A stretch of DNA of 63,329 nt, the filler included, from Octopus bimaculoides (lineage: Eukaryota), in NCBI RefSeq assembly GCF_001194135.2. It is 4 parts of 4 records of this genome, joined end to end, with 100 filler letters (N's around TTAATTAATTAA, not from the genome) between each part and the next. Parts side by side here need not be neighbours in the genome. Positions count along the whole stretch, not along the records: positions 25,649 to 28,518 come from NC_068994.1; positions 28,619 to 59,661 come from NC_068991.1; 2 more parts are not named here. One strand, given 5' to 3'. Position 1 is the stretch's first letter. Every line of letters begins with the position of its first letter. Below are positions 25,649 to 38,254 of this stretch, in pieces. A program made the translations under genes and the position numbers. The notes beneath the pieces are model-generated. The model saw nothing but the letters and a program-made list of their open reading frames with translations. It was not told the DNA's origin and did no database searches.

Positions 25649-28518
25649 AACATGACTGGCGACGCAAGAACGTGCCTGGGGCCGTAAGTACGTACCCGGG
25701 GTTGTAACTACGTGCCTAGGGCCGTAAGTACGTGCCTCGGGTCGCAAGAACGAGTCCGGGGCAATAAGCATGTGCCCGACCACGTTCTAGCGTTGCCTGG
25801 GACAAACTTATTGCCCCGGGCACGTTCTTGCGGCCCAGGGCACGTACTTACAACCACAGGCACGTACATACGGCCCCGGGAACGTACTTGCGCCTCCGAG
25901 CACGTTCTTTAGACTCCAGGCACGTACTAGCGACGCAAGGGAAGATCTGGCGGTGGCAGGCACGTCCTTGTGGAGCCAGGTNNNNNNNNNNNNNNNNNNN
26001 NNNNNNNNNNNNNNNNNNNNNNNNNNNNNNNNNNNNNNNNNNNNNNNNNNNNNNNNNNNNNNNNNNNNNNNNNNNNNNNNNNNNNNNNNNNNNNNNNNNN
26101 NNNNNNNNNNNNNNNNNNNNNNNNNNNNNNNNNNNNNNNNNNNNNNNNNNNNNNNNNNNNNNNNNNNNNNNNNNNNNNNNNNNNNNNNNNNNNNNNNNNN
26201 NNNNNNNNNNNNNNNNNNNNNNNNNNNNNNNNNNNNNNNNNNNNNNNNNNNNNNNNNNNNNNNNNNNNNNNNNNNNNNNNNNNNNNNNNNNNNNNNNNNN
26301 NNNNNNNNNNNNNNNNNNNNNNNNNNNNNNNNNNNNNNNNNNNNNNNNNCGTGTCGGGTGCAGCAAGAACGAGCTCCACCCCGCAAGAACTTCACTGGCG
26401 CGGCAACAACGTATCTGGCGCCGCAACCACGTGTCTAGGGCCGCAATAACATGCCTGAAACCGCAAGAACGTGCCGGGGGACAAAAGAACGTACCTGGCA
26501 ATAAGTTTGTCTCCGGCAACGCAAGAACGTGTCCGGCGCCTGAAGCATGTTCATGCCCGGAGTCGCCAGAACGTGCTCCCTCCGCAAGAACGTGCCCGGC
26601 ACCGCAAGAATGTGCCTGGAGACGCAAGAAAGTACCTAGCGCCGAAAATTTCATGCTCCCCACCCGAAAATACTGCCCCGAGCACGTTCTTGCGTCGCCA
26701 GACACCTTTCAGCCCCAGGAACGTTCTTGTGGCCCTAGGCACGTTCTTGCAGCGCCAGGCACTTTCTAGCGACGCCATGCACGTTCTTGTGGCTGCAGGC
26801 ACGTTCTTGCGGCCCCAGGTAATTTCTTGCAACGCTGGGCACATTCTTGCGGCGCCGGGAACGTACTTACGGCCCCGGGCTCGTACATACGGCCCGGGCT
26901 CGTACATACAGCCCCAGGAACTTACTTGCAGTTTCACGTCGCTACTGCCCCGAGCATGTTTTTGCGGCGCCAGACACCTTCATGCGGCCCCGGGCGCGCT
27001 CTTGTAGATCCAGGCACGTTCTTGCGTTTCCATGCATGTTATTGTGGCCGCAGACACGTTGTTGCGGAGCTGGGCACGCTCTTGCGGAGCCGAACACCTA
27101 CTTGCGGAGCTGGGCACGCTCTTGCGGGACCTGGCACTTTCTTTCAACGCCGAGCAAGTACTTGCAGCTCCCGACAAGTTCGTACCCGGCGCGCTCCGCT
27201 AGAACGTGCCCGGCGCCACAAATACATGTCCGGGGCACAAGAACGTGTACGATTCCACAACAACTTGTGCAGTGCCGCCAGAACGTGCCCGGTGCCGCAA
27301 GATCGTGCCCGGTTCCGCAAGGACGTGCCCAGCGCCGCAACAACGAGCACACCTCCACAAGAACTCACCCGGCGCCGCAAGAACGTGCCTGGGGTCACAA
27401 TAACATGCCTGGCACGCGAGAACGTGCCCGGGGCCAGAAGAACGTACCTGGCTCCACAAGGACGTGCCTGCCGCCGCCAGATCTTCCCTGGCGTCGCTAG
27501 TACGTTCATGGAGTTTAAAGAACGTNNNNNNNNNNNNNNNNNNNNNNNNNNNNNNNNNNNNNNNNNNNNNNNNNNNNNNNNNNNNNNNNNNNNNNNNNNN
27601 NNNNNNNNNNNNNNNNNNNNNNNNNNNNNNNNNNNNNNNNNNNNNNNNNNNNNNNNNNNNNNNNNNNNNNNNNNNNNNNNNNNNNNNNNNNNNNNNNNNN
27701 NNNNNNNNNNNNNNNNNNNNNNNNNNNNNNNNNNNNNNNNNNNNNNNNNNNNNNNNNNNNNNNNNNNNNNNNNNNNNNNNNNNNNNNNNNNNNNNNNNNN
27801 NNNNNNNNNNNNNNNNNNNNNNNNNNNNNNNNNNNNNNNNNNNNNNNNNNNNNNNNNNNNNNNNNNNNNNNNNNNNNNNNNNNNNNNNNNNNNNNNNNNN
27901 NNNNNNNNNNNNNNNNNNNNNNNNNCACGTAGTTACAACCCCGGGTACGTACTTACGGCCCCCGGAACATACATACAGCCCCAGGCACGCAAGAAGGTGC
28001 TTGGCGTCTAAAGAACCTGCCTGATGCCACAACAGCGTATCCGGAGGAGTAACTACGCGCCTTGGGCCGCTAGTACGTGCCCAGGGCCGTAAGTATGTGC
28101 TCGGGGCCGTGAGTACGTCCCTGTGGCCACAGGAATGAGCCCGGGGCAATAATTACGTGACCGGCACCGAAAGCACGTGCCGCTTTCGCTAGAACATGCT
28201 CGCATCCGCAAGAACGTGTCCGGCGACGGAAAAACGTGCCGAATGCAGCAAGAACGAGCTCCGCGCCGCAAGAACGTACCCGGCGCCGCAAGAACGTATC
28301 TGACGCTGCAACCACGTGTCTAGGGCCGCAATAACATGCCTGGCTCTACAAGGACGTGCCTCCGGCAACAATAACTTCCCTGGCGTCCAAAGAACGTGCC
28401 CGGAGCAGCAACTACTAGCCTGGAGTTGCAAGTACGTTCCTGACGCCGTATGAACGTGCCCGGGACGTAACTACGTGCCTGGGACCGCAAGTACGTGCTC
28501 GAGGCCTTAAGTATATGC
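25649..28518. repeat. CpG-rich 20-bp-unit satellite with alternating orientation blocks and higher-order repeats
   Basis: Consensus caagaacgtgcccggcgccg (20 bp) in forward and reverse blocks; exact 34-bp inverted match 25681-25714 vs 27926-27959; ~80-bp inverted match 25900-25981 vs 27445-27525. Confidence 0.92.
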
Positions 28519-28618
28519 NNNNNNNNNNNNNNNNNNNNNNNNNNNNNNNNNNNNNNNNNNNNTTAATTAATTAANNNNNNNNNNNNNNNNNNNNNNNNNN
28601 NNNNNNNNNNNNNNNNNN
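28519..28618. other. Artificial scaffold linker N44-TTAATTAATTAA-N44
   Basis: Same structure as 25549-25648. Confidence 0.95.
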
Positions 28619-29134
28619 ATTATAGAGAGTAGAGCATAAAAGAATTTTATTGGTTGGTCATAGAACTGTTGCTTTCAAAATAGATAGATGCAGGGGGTTT
28701 TCGGTAAAGGAGATATATTGGTTCCAGATAAGCAGGAAAAGAAAGGGGGGGGGGGGAATGAAAGAGGGAAGAAGTGAGAAAAAAGAAATGATCGATATTA
28801 ATCTGTATAAAAAATATGAAACACCTATTTTAATAAGCGGGTGTGCTAGGCATGTCAAAGAGATATGAATATGTGAATCTAGGAAAGTCGTCAAAGAGAT
28901 ATGAGTATGTGAATATAGGAAAGTCAGAAGAAGACAGCCAGGAAGCAGAAAAAGAGAAAAGGAAAATTGAAATATAAATTAAATGAAGTTTATTGCTAAT
29001 ATAAAAGGATGGAAATAGAAGAGAAAAAGGAAAAAAATGTTCTTGAAATTTGGAGTTTTTAATGGTGTTAATAAGACAATGCGTCATGCGAAATAGAACG
29101 GGTGAAAGAAAAAAAGAATTATTTGAAGATGCAA

Positions 29135-29296
29135 AGAAGACTGTGGTAAGAAGTTTGCTTCCCGACTCCTACTACACGGTTCCGGGTTCAGTGCCACTGT
29201 GTGGAACCATCGGCAAGTGTCTTCTGCTATAGCTTCGAGCCGAGCCGACCAAAGCCCTGTGAGTGGATTTGGGAGACGGAAACTGAAAGAAGCTCG

Positions 29297-29298
<2 letters not shown>
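29135..29298 (+). mobile_element. SINE family D head, followed by (ATCT)n
   Basis: ctgtggtaag..ggttccgggttcag..ggcaagtgtcttctgctatagc..gaccaaagccctgtgagtggattt..cggaaactgaaagaagc, as at 56882. Confidence 0.85.
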
Positions 29299-29361
<63 letters not shown>

Positions 29362-29386
29362 GTCTGTCTGTCTGTCTGTCTATTTG

Positions 29387-29441
<55 letters not shown>

Positions 29442-29930
29442 GCCTGCCTATCTGTCTGCCTGTCTTTCTGTCTGTCTGTCAATGTATCTATCTCTCTATG
29501 GCAGCGTCTTTTTGTGTATATGTGTGCACGCAGAAGCTGCGTACAAGTGTGCATGCATGAACACGTACCTATGCATGCATTGACGAGTGTTTATAATATA
29601 TGCATGTCGGGTTAAAGAAACACCAAAAATATAAACAAAATATTAAAGAGAAATTAAAGAACAACCACGAACAACAAAGAACCATAAAAAACGCATAAAA
29701 AAATTAACCAGAAAAACAAAATGGTGTAAAAGATAACACAAAAAATGGAAACCAGCGTCTTTCGTTCTCTAGTCTTTAGAGATAGAATAAATCGTGAGGT
29801 GATTTAGAAATCTATGTCACACTTCTGCAAAAGACTATATTAAAATATATACACGCATAAATTGTACAAATTTGATCAAATAGTTATTTCCACGTCCATG
29901 TTTGAAATTTGTTTTGTTTTTCTTTTTCCA

Positions 29931-29931
<1 letters not shown>

Positions 29932-29961
<30 letters not shown>

Positions 29962-30031
29962 CTTCTTCTTCTTCTTCTTCTTCTTCTTCTTCTTCTTCTT
30001 CTTCTTCTTCTTCTTCTTCTTCTTCTTCTTC
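29932..30031. repeat. (CTT)n microsatellite running into a gap
   Basis: Direct inspection. Confidence 0.95.
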
Positions 30032-31040
30032 NNNNNNNNNNNNNNNNNNNNNNNNNNNNNNNNNNNNNNNNNNNNNNNNNNNNNNNNNNNNNNNNNNNNN
30101 NNNNNNNNNNNNNNNNNNNNNNNNNNNNNNNNNNNNNNNNNNNNNNNNNNNNNNNNNNNNNNNNNNNNNNNNNNNNNNNNNNNNNNNNNNNNNNNNNNNN
30201 NNNNNNNNNNNNNNNNNNNNNNNNNNNNNNNNNNNNNNNNNNNNNNNNNNNNNNNNNNNNNNNNNNNNNNNNNNNNNNNNNNNNNNNNNNNNNNNNNNNN
30301 NNNNNNNNNNNNNNNNNNNNNNNNNNNNNNNNNNNNNNNNNNNNNNNNNNNNNNNNNNNNNNNNNNNNNNNNNNNNNNNNNNNNNNNNNNNNNNNNNNNN
30401 NNNNNNNNNNNNNNNNNNNNNNNNNNNNNNNNNNNNNNNNNNNNNNNNNNNNNNNNNNNNNNNNNNNNNNNNNNNNNNNNNNNNNNNNNNNNNNNNNNNN
30501 NNNNNNNNNNNNNNNNNNNNNNNNNNNNNNNNNNNNNNNNNNNNNNNNNNNNNNNNNNNNNNNNNNNNNNNNNNNNNNNNNNNNNNNNNNNNNNNNNNNN
30601 NNNNNNNNNNNNNNNNNNNNNNNNNNNNNNNNNNNNNNNNNNNNNNNNNNNNNNNNNNNNNNNNNNNNNNNNNNNNNNNNNNNNNNNNNNNNNNNNNNNN
30701 NNNNNNNNNNNNNNNNNNNNNNNNNNNNNNNNNNNNNNNNNNNNNNNNNNNNNNNNNNNNNNNNNNNNNNNNNNNNNNNNNNNNNNNNNNNNNNATATAT
30801 AAACAAGGATGTCCAGGCATCAATACATTACGGCCGTTTCGAGCGGCTCCATTTAATCACTCAATGAAAACATTACATCAATTTGAAAGAAACCGCTCTC
30901 CTCAGACGTAGATGACCATTTAGATTTCCAACATAAAGAATAAACCATTGAAAAAAAAAACATTATATCAATACTAAAAACCAAAATGCTAACATTGCTT
31001 CCTTATGTTATATTTGTGGCAGAATGATTTTAGAAAAAAA

Positions 31041-31351
31041 TACATTCTTATTAAGCCTATTATAATTTAGAGAGTAGCAGAGAAAAATTGTGGGTATCAA
31101 GAAATCAGAGAGGTGAAATAATTATTTATATTTAGAAGGTTTTATGCAGCATGTAGTCTACAACCATTTAAAATTATCACCATCAATTAGAACACAGTTA
31201 TCGGCTCCCAATGGATTTAATTCTAAATGGTTGTAGACTACAGGCTGCATAAAACCTAAATATAAATAATTATCTCACCCCTCCGATATCTTGACACTCA
31301 CTATTTTCCTCTGCTACTCTCTAATTTATAGTAGGCTTAATAAGATATGTA
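31041..31351. mobile_element. Foldback/MITE-like inverted repeat
   Basis: Arm 31041-31176 is the reverse complement of 31218-31351 at roughly 85% identity by eye; ~41-bp spacer. Confidence 0.8.
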
Positions 31352-31673
31352 GTTGTTTTTAAACTCATTCTGCCACAGATATAGCATAAGAAACTATGTA
31401 CTCGTTATGGCTTCTAGTACTGATATAAATTTGTTAAAAATGGTTTAGAGAGAGAGAGAGAGAGAGAGTGTCTGTTCTAATTGAAGTTAAATGAGATTGG
31501 GGAAATTGGTGAAGGGTGAAAGTGTATTATGTAGTGTCAAAAACGTAAAATTTGAAACAGGAGGAGACAAATGCTATTTTTGTGGTTTCGTAGTAGAAGG
31601 AAGACAGCGCTAATTGTCCTTTTCGTAGCCTCTGAGGAAAGAAAGCCTTGTTCGAAAGAAGAGAGGAATTTAT

Positions 31674-31890
31674 TCTTTTCTACTCTAGGCACAAGGTCCG
31701 AAATTTTTGGGGGAGGTGGCCAGTCGATTAGATCGACCCCAGTACGCAACTGGTACTTAATTTATCGACCCCGAAAGGATGAAAGGCAAAGTCGACCTCG
31801 ACGGAATTAGAACTCAGAACGTAAAGACAGACGAAATACGGCTAAGCATTTCGCCCGGTGTGCTAACGTTTCTGCCAGCTCGCCGCCTTA
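31674..31890 (-). mobile_element. SINE family B (tail B1)
   Basis: Full-length family match. Confidence 0.93.
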
Positions 31891-32022
31891 TCATAATACA
31901 ATGCGTATTATCTCACACAACACTACAACACATACAAGCAGGCCATAACCACGTGTCGTCTGTCACGTGTGGCGAGAAACGGATGAAGCCTAGCATCCAG
32001 GAACAAAGGATTCACATGGTTT

Positions 32023-32258
32023 CTTATTTCTTTACTGACCAGAAGGGGCTACACAGAAAGGGGACAAACAAGGACAGACAAACGGATTAAGTCGATTACA
32101 TCGATCCCAGTGCGTAACTGGTACTTATTTAATCGACCCCGAAAGGATGGAAGGCAAAGTCGACCTCGGCGGAATTTGAACTCAGAACGTAGCGGCAGAC
32201 GAAATAGCGCTAAGCATTTCGCCCGGCGTGCTAACGTTTCTGCCAGCTCGCCGCCTTA
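32023..32258 (-). mobile_element. SINE family B (tail B2)
   Basis: Full-length match to 47809-48044. Confidence 0.93.
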
Positions 32259-32517
32259 ACATAGTTTCTGCTTATTCAATCTGACTCACAGTGTTTTGGT
32301 CTTCCGAAGCTGTAAGTAGAAGAGACTTGTTGAGAAAGAAAGAAAAAACCAAAAAAACACGCAGCAGAATTGAACTTGAAAAATATAAAACAGTAATATA
32401 AAGTAGCTGAGGAATTTGGCTAAAAAGTCATCTTAGGTTAAGTATGACTGAAAAATCATCTTTAGATGGAATGTAATGAATAAAAGACAAAATGCACATG
32501 TGTCATTGGTAAGGTGT

Positions 32518-32901
32518 GGAGGCGCAATGGCCCAGTGGTTAGGGCAGCGGACTCGCGGTATAGGATCGCGGTTTCGATTCCCAGACCGAGCGCTGTGAGT
32601 GTTTACTGAGCGAAAACACCTAAAGCTCCACAAGGCTCCAACAGGGGATGGTGGCGAACCCTGCTGTATTCTTTCACCACAACTTTCTCTCACTCTTACT
32701 TCCTGTTTCTGTTGTGCCTGTAATTCAAAGGGTCAGCCTTGTCACACTGTGTCACACTGAATATCCCCGAGAACTACGTTAAGGGTACACGTGTCTGTGG
32801 GGTGCTCAGCCACTTGCACGTTAATTTCACGAGCAGGCTGTTCCGTTGATCGGATTAACTGGAACCCTCGACGTCGTAAGCGACAGAGTACCAACAACAA
32901 C
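32518..32901 (+). mobile_element. SINE family A, full length with 14-bp TSD
   Basis: TSD cattggtaaggtgt at 32504-32517 and 32901-32914; (CAA)n tail. Confidence 0.95.
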
Positions 32902-33099
32902 ATTGGTAAGGTGTTATTGTGGGAATCACTTATTGTAAAGAGCTTTAAAAAGAGATGTTACTCTTTAGCAAACAGGAAAAAATAGTGGGTCTAAACTTTA
33001 GAGTGTCTTAAAGCGCTCAAGTAAGCATGAGAAGAGTAATCCAGAATTGGGGTTATGGAGTGGTTTAATCGGAAATTAATGTATTAATGTTTCTTGTCC

Positions 33100-33163
<64 letters not shown>

Positions 33164-33979
33164 CTGCGAAAAGTCGGCAAGAATGAGAATATAATAAATG
33201 GTTTTCCACTTGATATCATCTACTTAAGGGGGTTAGAGAAAATTTTAGATTAAGTAGTGTCAAATAGTTTGACTTGATAGCGAAATGTATAAAACGAGTT
33301 TTTAAAGACTTTATACTGTTAATCCAATGTGTGATTTATTGACTGTCCTAATGCTAACACTACATAGCAAATAATTCCTTTATAAGTACATTTACGGTAG
33401 AATGAACATGGGTTACTTGAATGAATTGAGTTGCAGGGTCGGCGGGAGGTTATGCGAAGGAAAATTGATTGAATAACAAACTTGTATTAATGATATTGTG
33501 ATATTTATGACTGAGGGTTGGGAAAAAATGAGTAACAAGTTTAAAGGTTTAAGAAGATTTTAGTAACAAGGCTGCTGGGTAAGCAGAGGACTAAACAAAG
33601 AATGGTGGAGTTCCATTTTTGTTCCGCGTTAGTGACGTTTAACTTTTGATATATTGAGTATTTACTGTAAATTCGCTTCGAGTTAGCTCCCTGTTCTATT
33701 ATTTTGAGCCTGCTGTTGGTCGAATACAATTGTAAGATAAAGAAGATTAGGGAAAAGGGGAAATTGTTAATTTTGTCACCGTGGTCCATACTGGAAAAAT
33801 ATTGTTGTAGAGTTTGAGTAAACACACACATATATACATGTGTATGTGTGTGTATGTTTGTGAGACTGACGAAGATGAGCAAGCCGAAACTTTGAATATG
33901 TATGTGTGTACTACTTTGTTATCTCCCCTTCTTCTTAACTCTCCTGTGTAACCTTTCTGTCCGGCATTCGCCATGATAG

Positions 33980-34170
33980 ATCGCTGACCACTACACATAT
34001 TTTTCTCTCTCCTTGTTTCTTTCCTTATTTCTTTCTGTGTTCCTTTCTGTTAAAGAGCGTAGGCTCGAAACGTTAAAGACTTTCTCTATTCCCGAGCGTT
34101 ATACTAATACATCCATTTGTTGTTTACACCACCTGTCTTCGTCTGTTGTTTTTTCTTGAATTCTTCCATA
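33980..34170 (+). mobile_element. Penelope-like terminal-repeat fragment with mutated hammerhead (34043-34078)
   Basis: cuuu-CUGUUAA-a-gagc[guag]gcuc-GAAA-CGU-U-aaag; same family as 20459; ends at (CA)n/(TA)n. Confidence 0.7.
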
Positions 34171-35938
34171 CACACACACACACACACACACGCACATACA
34201 TTTTATATATATGTATAAATATAACACGTTTGTATATACATATATATATATGTTTGTGTATATGTGCGTGGCGTGGTATGGTGTGGTGGGGAGCAAAGTG
34301 TAGGTGGAAGCCTAACGATGGCCGACCATTTGATTTCATAGTCACCGGTATGTCAAATGGACCACGTTGTGCGGTTTAAAGTCGAAATATCGAGGAGGAA
34401 AGCTGGACACCACCTGACAACTTCTGGTTGAAAGCCACAGTCATAGTTAAGTGACTACTATCTCCAACAGATGTATCTTACAGAGTGTGTGTGACTTTTT
34501 TTTACATGTAGATATATTTTACTTATATGTATAACTGTACATATATATGTGTATGTACACACGCTTGTATATACATACATACATACATACAAAATATATT
34601 TATAAATATATGTGTTGGAAAACAGGGTTAAGGACAGTAGTTCTGTGAAGGAATGATTGGATTACCTGTTTTATTATGGAGGCCCTCAGTGGGTAAGTGT
34701 TGGTGACGATGATGGGGATGATAATGATGACGATGATGAGACGATCATCCATAGTCAATGTTCCATTCTTTGTGCTACTTCGCTGTCAATACTCTATTCT
34801 CTAGGATAAACAAGCCAAAGCTGACGAAATTTCAACAAAACCTATTAATAATAACATTAGTAATTCAAAAAGACCACGGCGTTACCAAAAGCTATGAACG
34901 TGGTAGATCGGTTCTACTCTCAACTCCTGTCTGACGTATTTGGACAAGCCTATCTTGCAGAATAATACCGATGAGTGGCGGTAACATTTGTTCATGTAAC
35001 TGAGGGTTATGCTCACGGAATTGATACCGGTCGGTTTTCTGAAACACGTGTACATTATAATAAAGCAGGAATTCCGAATAAGTTTTCTGCTTTCCTTCGT
35101 ATGTTTATCTGTGTATAAATTAATAAAATTAAATCATAGGTTTAAAGTTTATGTTGTAGAACTTAAACAGATGTATATACATCACGGTATTATATTCTCA
35201 CACAGAAAAAAAAAATGATTGTTTTGACATGTTTCATAGCTCATTGGTCACTCAACACAATATATGTACCTCTCGTTCTTCTGTCTAAGTAAAGAACTTG
35301 CAGCAATTACCATTTAAATCAAATACAAGAATTTCGCTGGACCAATTTGCATATAGTACGTTTGTCGGATAAACTTAATATGGTAAAACTATCGTTTTTA
35401 AAGCCTTCATTGGTGAACTTAAGCAGAGAAAAATACATTTACACAATATCAAATTTGTCTAGTGATTTGGTGAGAACAAAGATGTATGCACAACGTCATA
35501 AAAACAGGAATAACATCGGTGAGAACACTGAAACAGATCGAACAGGAAAAAAGGAAAGAAAAAAAAACGAAATAAGATATGCGATGAAAAAGTAAAAATT
35601 TCAAGAAAAAAACATTGTTTGCACCCAATATCAGGTACAGGGATAAAGTTCTAATTAAGGTAAAATAACAATTAAGAGAACATGGTAGTGATAATGAGAA
35701 TGGGAGGAAGCAAAAAGGAAAATGTAAAAAAGGCAAATCAAATATATAAAAGGAGAAAATATAGAAAACGTAATAAAATGGAAAGTAATATCTGAAATTA
35801 AACAGAGATTGAGAATGGGAATAAAAAAGTAAGTATGGCGTGGTTGAAGTGAAAAGAGTATGTAGTGGCGTGGTGTGGTGTTTAATGATCTTTAGTAGTG
35901 GTGATGTCGGTGGTGGTTTGTGGCGGTTGGTGCAGAGA

Positions 35939-35995
<57 letters not shown>

Positions 35996-36157
35996 NNNNN
36001 NNNNNNNNNNNNNNNNNNNNNNNNNNNNNNNNNNNNNNNNNNNNNNNNNNNNNNNNNNNNNNNNNNNNNNNNNNNNNNNNNNNNNNNNNNNNNNNNNNNN
36101 NNNNNNNNNNNNNNNNNNNNNNNNNNNNNNNNNNNNNNNNNNNNNNNNNNNNNNNNN

Positions 36158-36213
<56 letters not shown>

Positions 36214-36422
36214 GCGCACACACACACTCGCACATACACGCACCATAATGCAGTTCTATGTACGTATACATAAGTATACACATACGTACATATATATATA
36301 CATATATACATATATATATTCATAAAGGTAAAAAATATATAGATAAATGCGTATGTTTATATATGAATATATAGCTCCAAAGGTATGTATGCACACATGT
36401 GCACATACATACACACACACAT

Positions 36423-36465
<43 letters not shown>

Positions 36466-36475
36466 NNNNNNNNNN

Positions 36476-36531
<56 letters not shown>

Positions 36532-38254
36532 GTAGATATACACACATAAATATTGATTTATATGTATATGTATGTATGTATATACGTATGTATGTGTGTA
36601 TGTATGTATGTATGTATGTATGTATAGATGTATGTATGTATGCAGGTATGTATGTATGTATGTATGCAGGTATGTATGCATGTAGGTAGGTATATATGTT
36701 GTATGTTGTATGTAAGTATGTATGTATTAATATAGAAAGTGAAAGTAAAATTGTGGAAACGAAATGAATTGAGAGATGATAATAGAAAGTTGACGAGAAG
36801 AATTGGTAAGAAGAAAGGTGATAAAAAGAAAGAAAAAAAAACGGCGAAGATGGGAAGGCTGTCGAGGAATAAGAATACAGACAACTCGGATCCATTCCGT
36901 TTCTGCTACAAAACACCAATGAGTAAAGTTTCACATTCATTAACTGTAGGGAAAGTTCATGTCAAATGCCNNNNNNNNNNNNNNNNNNNNNNNNNNNNNN
37001 NNNNNNNNNNNNNNNNNNNNNNNNNNNNNNNNNNNNNNNNNNNNNNNNNNNNNNNNNNNNNNNNNNNNNNCCCCTCACTCCGCCTCTCCCTATCTCTCTT
37101 CTAAAACACTAGATACTTCGGCACCCAATTATCTTTCTTGCTAACAATCTTCGTAAAGTGTTTCACATTGATCTCCGTTTTTGCTACTTGATTAAAAATT
37201 CTGTCCGTAAATTCAGAAGGCAAACAGTAGAAACTCTCTAATAAGGAGTCAAAATAGGCGAAAAACGGTTGAGCTTCATATCAACTTGTTCGTTCATATG
37301 CCGGTCTCACATACACCGTCACACAGACCACTGCTCAATTAACACGTTCACCATTTTGATTAATTTTTCAACCCACTTTGCGCCAACAGTTTACTGATGC
37401 AATCCGTTCTATTCAAGTCAAACATCTAGCCGTAACTTTTATTTTGTTCTCTGTTTGTTGAATATAAAAATCAGCTGCATTTCGATGTTTGTCCATTCAA
37501 TTAGTACACAGCAGCTCATTCTGATTTACAGCACGCCGCTTCACTCTTCTTCTATATTTCCTTTCTCTAACCTAGTCTTTTATTTTATCATCAATTTCCG
37601 CGTCTATTTGCCTAATCTGCTGGGATTTCTGGCCTCTATCGTTAGATTTTGTTATATTCCTTTTCTCACAATTCATATATTTCCTTTCATTAGTTTCACT
37701 CTATATTCTCTCCTTAAACTTTGATTTAATATATATTTCTCATTTTATCTTTATTTCTTTAAGTATTTTCAAACACATACGCGTACGCGTAAATACACAT
37801 ATACATATCTTGATGTTATAGTAACACAGCGTGCTCGATGTACGATGCAGAGCCACCACAATAACATAATCTAACATTCATGTATAAAATCACACCCAAA
37901 ATGCACGTGGAAATAGAAATGCACGTGAAAATACAAATGTTAATGTTGAAATATATATGAGAATAGATATATTTCTGATGGTAAACTGCGTCATCATCAG
38001 CCAGAAAGAGTGGTTAGTTTGTGCAGCAGTCTTATACGTATAATTTCGGATTATTCCATGCTGTTGAAGGCTGGGGATGGTAGCGAAACTATTGTTTAAC
38101 AATTTTGTTTCCTGTCCAGTAAATGATTCGTCTATGAAGAAACATTCTTATAGAAATCACAGGGACAATATCATGAACACGGTTCTAGTTAAGTTATCCC
38201 GTTTATATATATTTTGTTCTATATCCAGAAAAGAGTTTAGCAAGTATTAATGAC

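Noticed and set aside
25601-28431. Long ORFs (up to 394 aa) across the GC-rich block
   Set aside because: They are translations of a 20-bp satellite and N runs; a unit length of 20 is not a multiple of 3; no protein motifs.
25649-28518. CRISPR-like regular repeat
   Set aside because: Units are contiguous, with no unique spacers; eukaryotic context; no cas genes.
32518-32590. tRNA genes (here and at the other A/B-box heads)
   Set aside because: All continue into multi-copy SINE bodies with tails and TSDs, and lack a complete cloverleaf.
33861-33895. CUGACGA..gcc GAAAC motif upstream of the Penelope-like repeat
   Set aside because: Stem II pairs poorly and no stem I partner exists; at most a heavily decayed relic.
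34805-34933. Possible plus-strand terminal exon DKQAKADEISTKP..LLSTPV*
   Set aside because: Reasonable acceptor, but no homolog, no linked upstream exon and no other support.
37966-38005. Hammerhead-like CUGAUGA..GAAA on the minus strand
   Set aside because: Stem II is partly paired but starts U-A, stem I cannot form, and there is no repeat context; consistent with chance.
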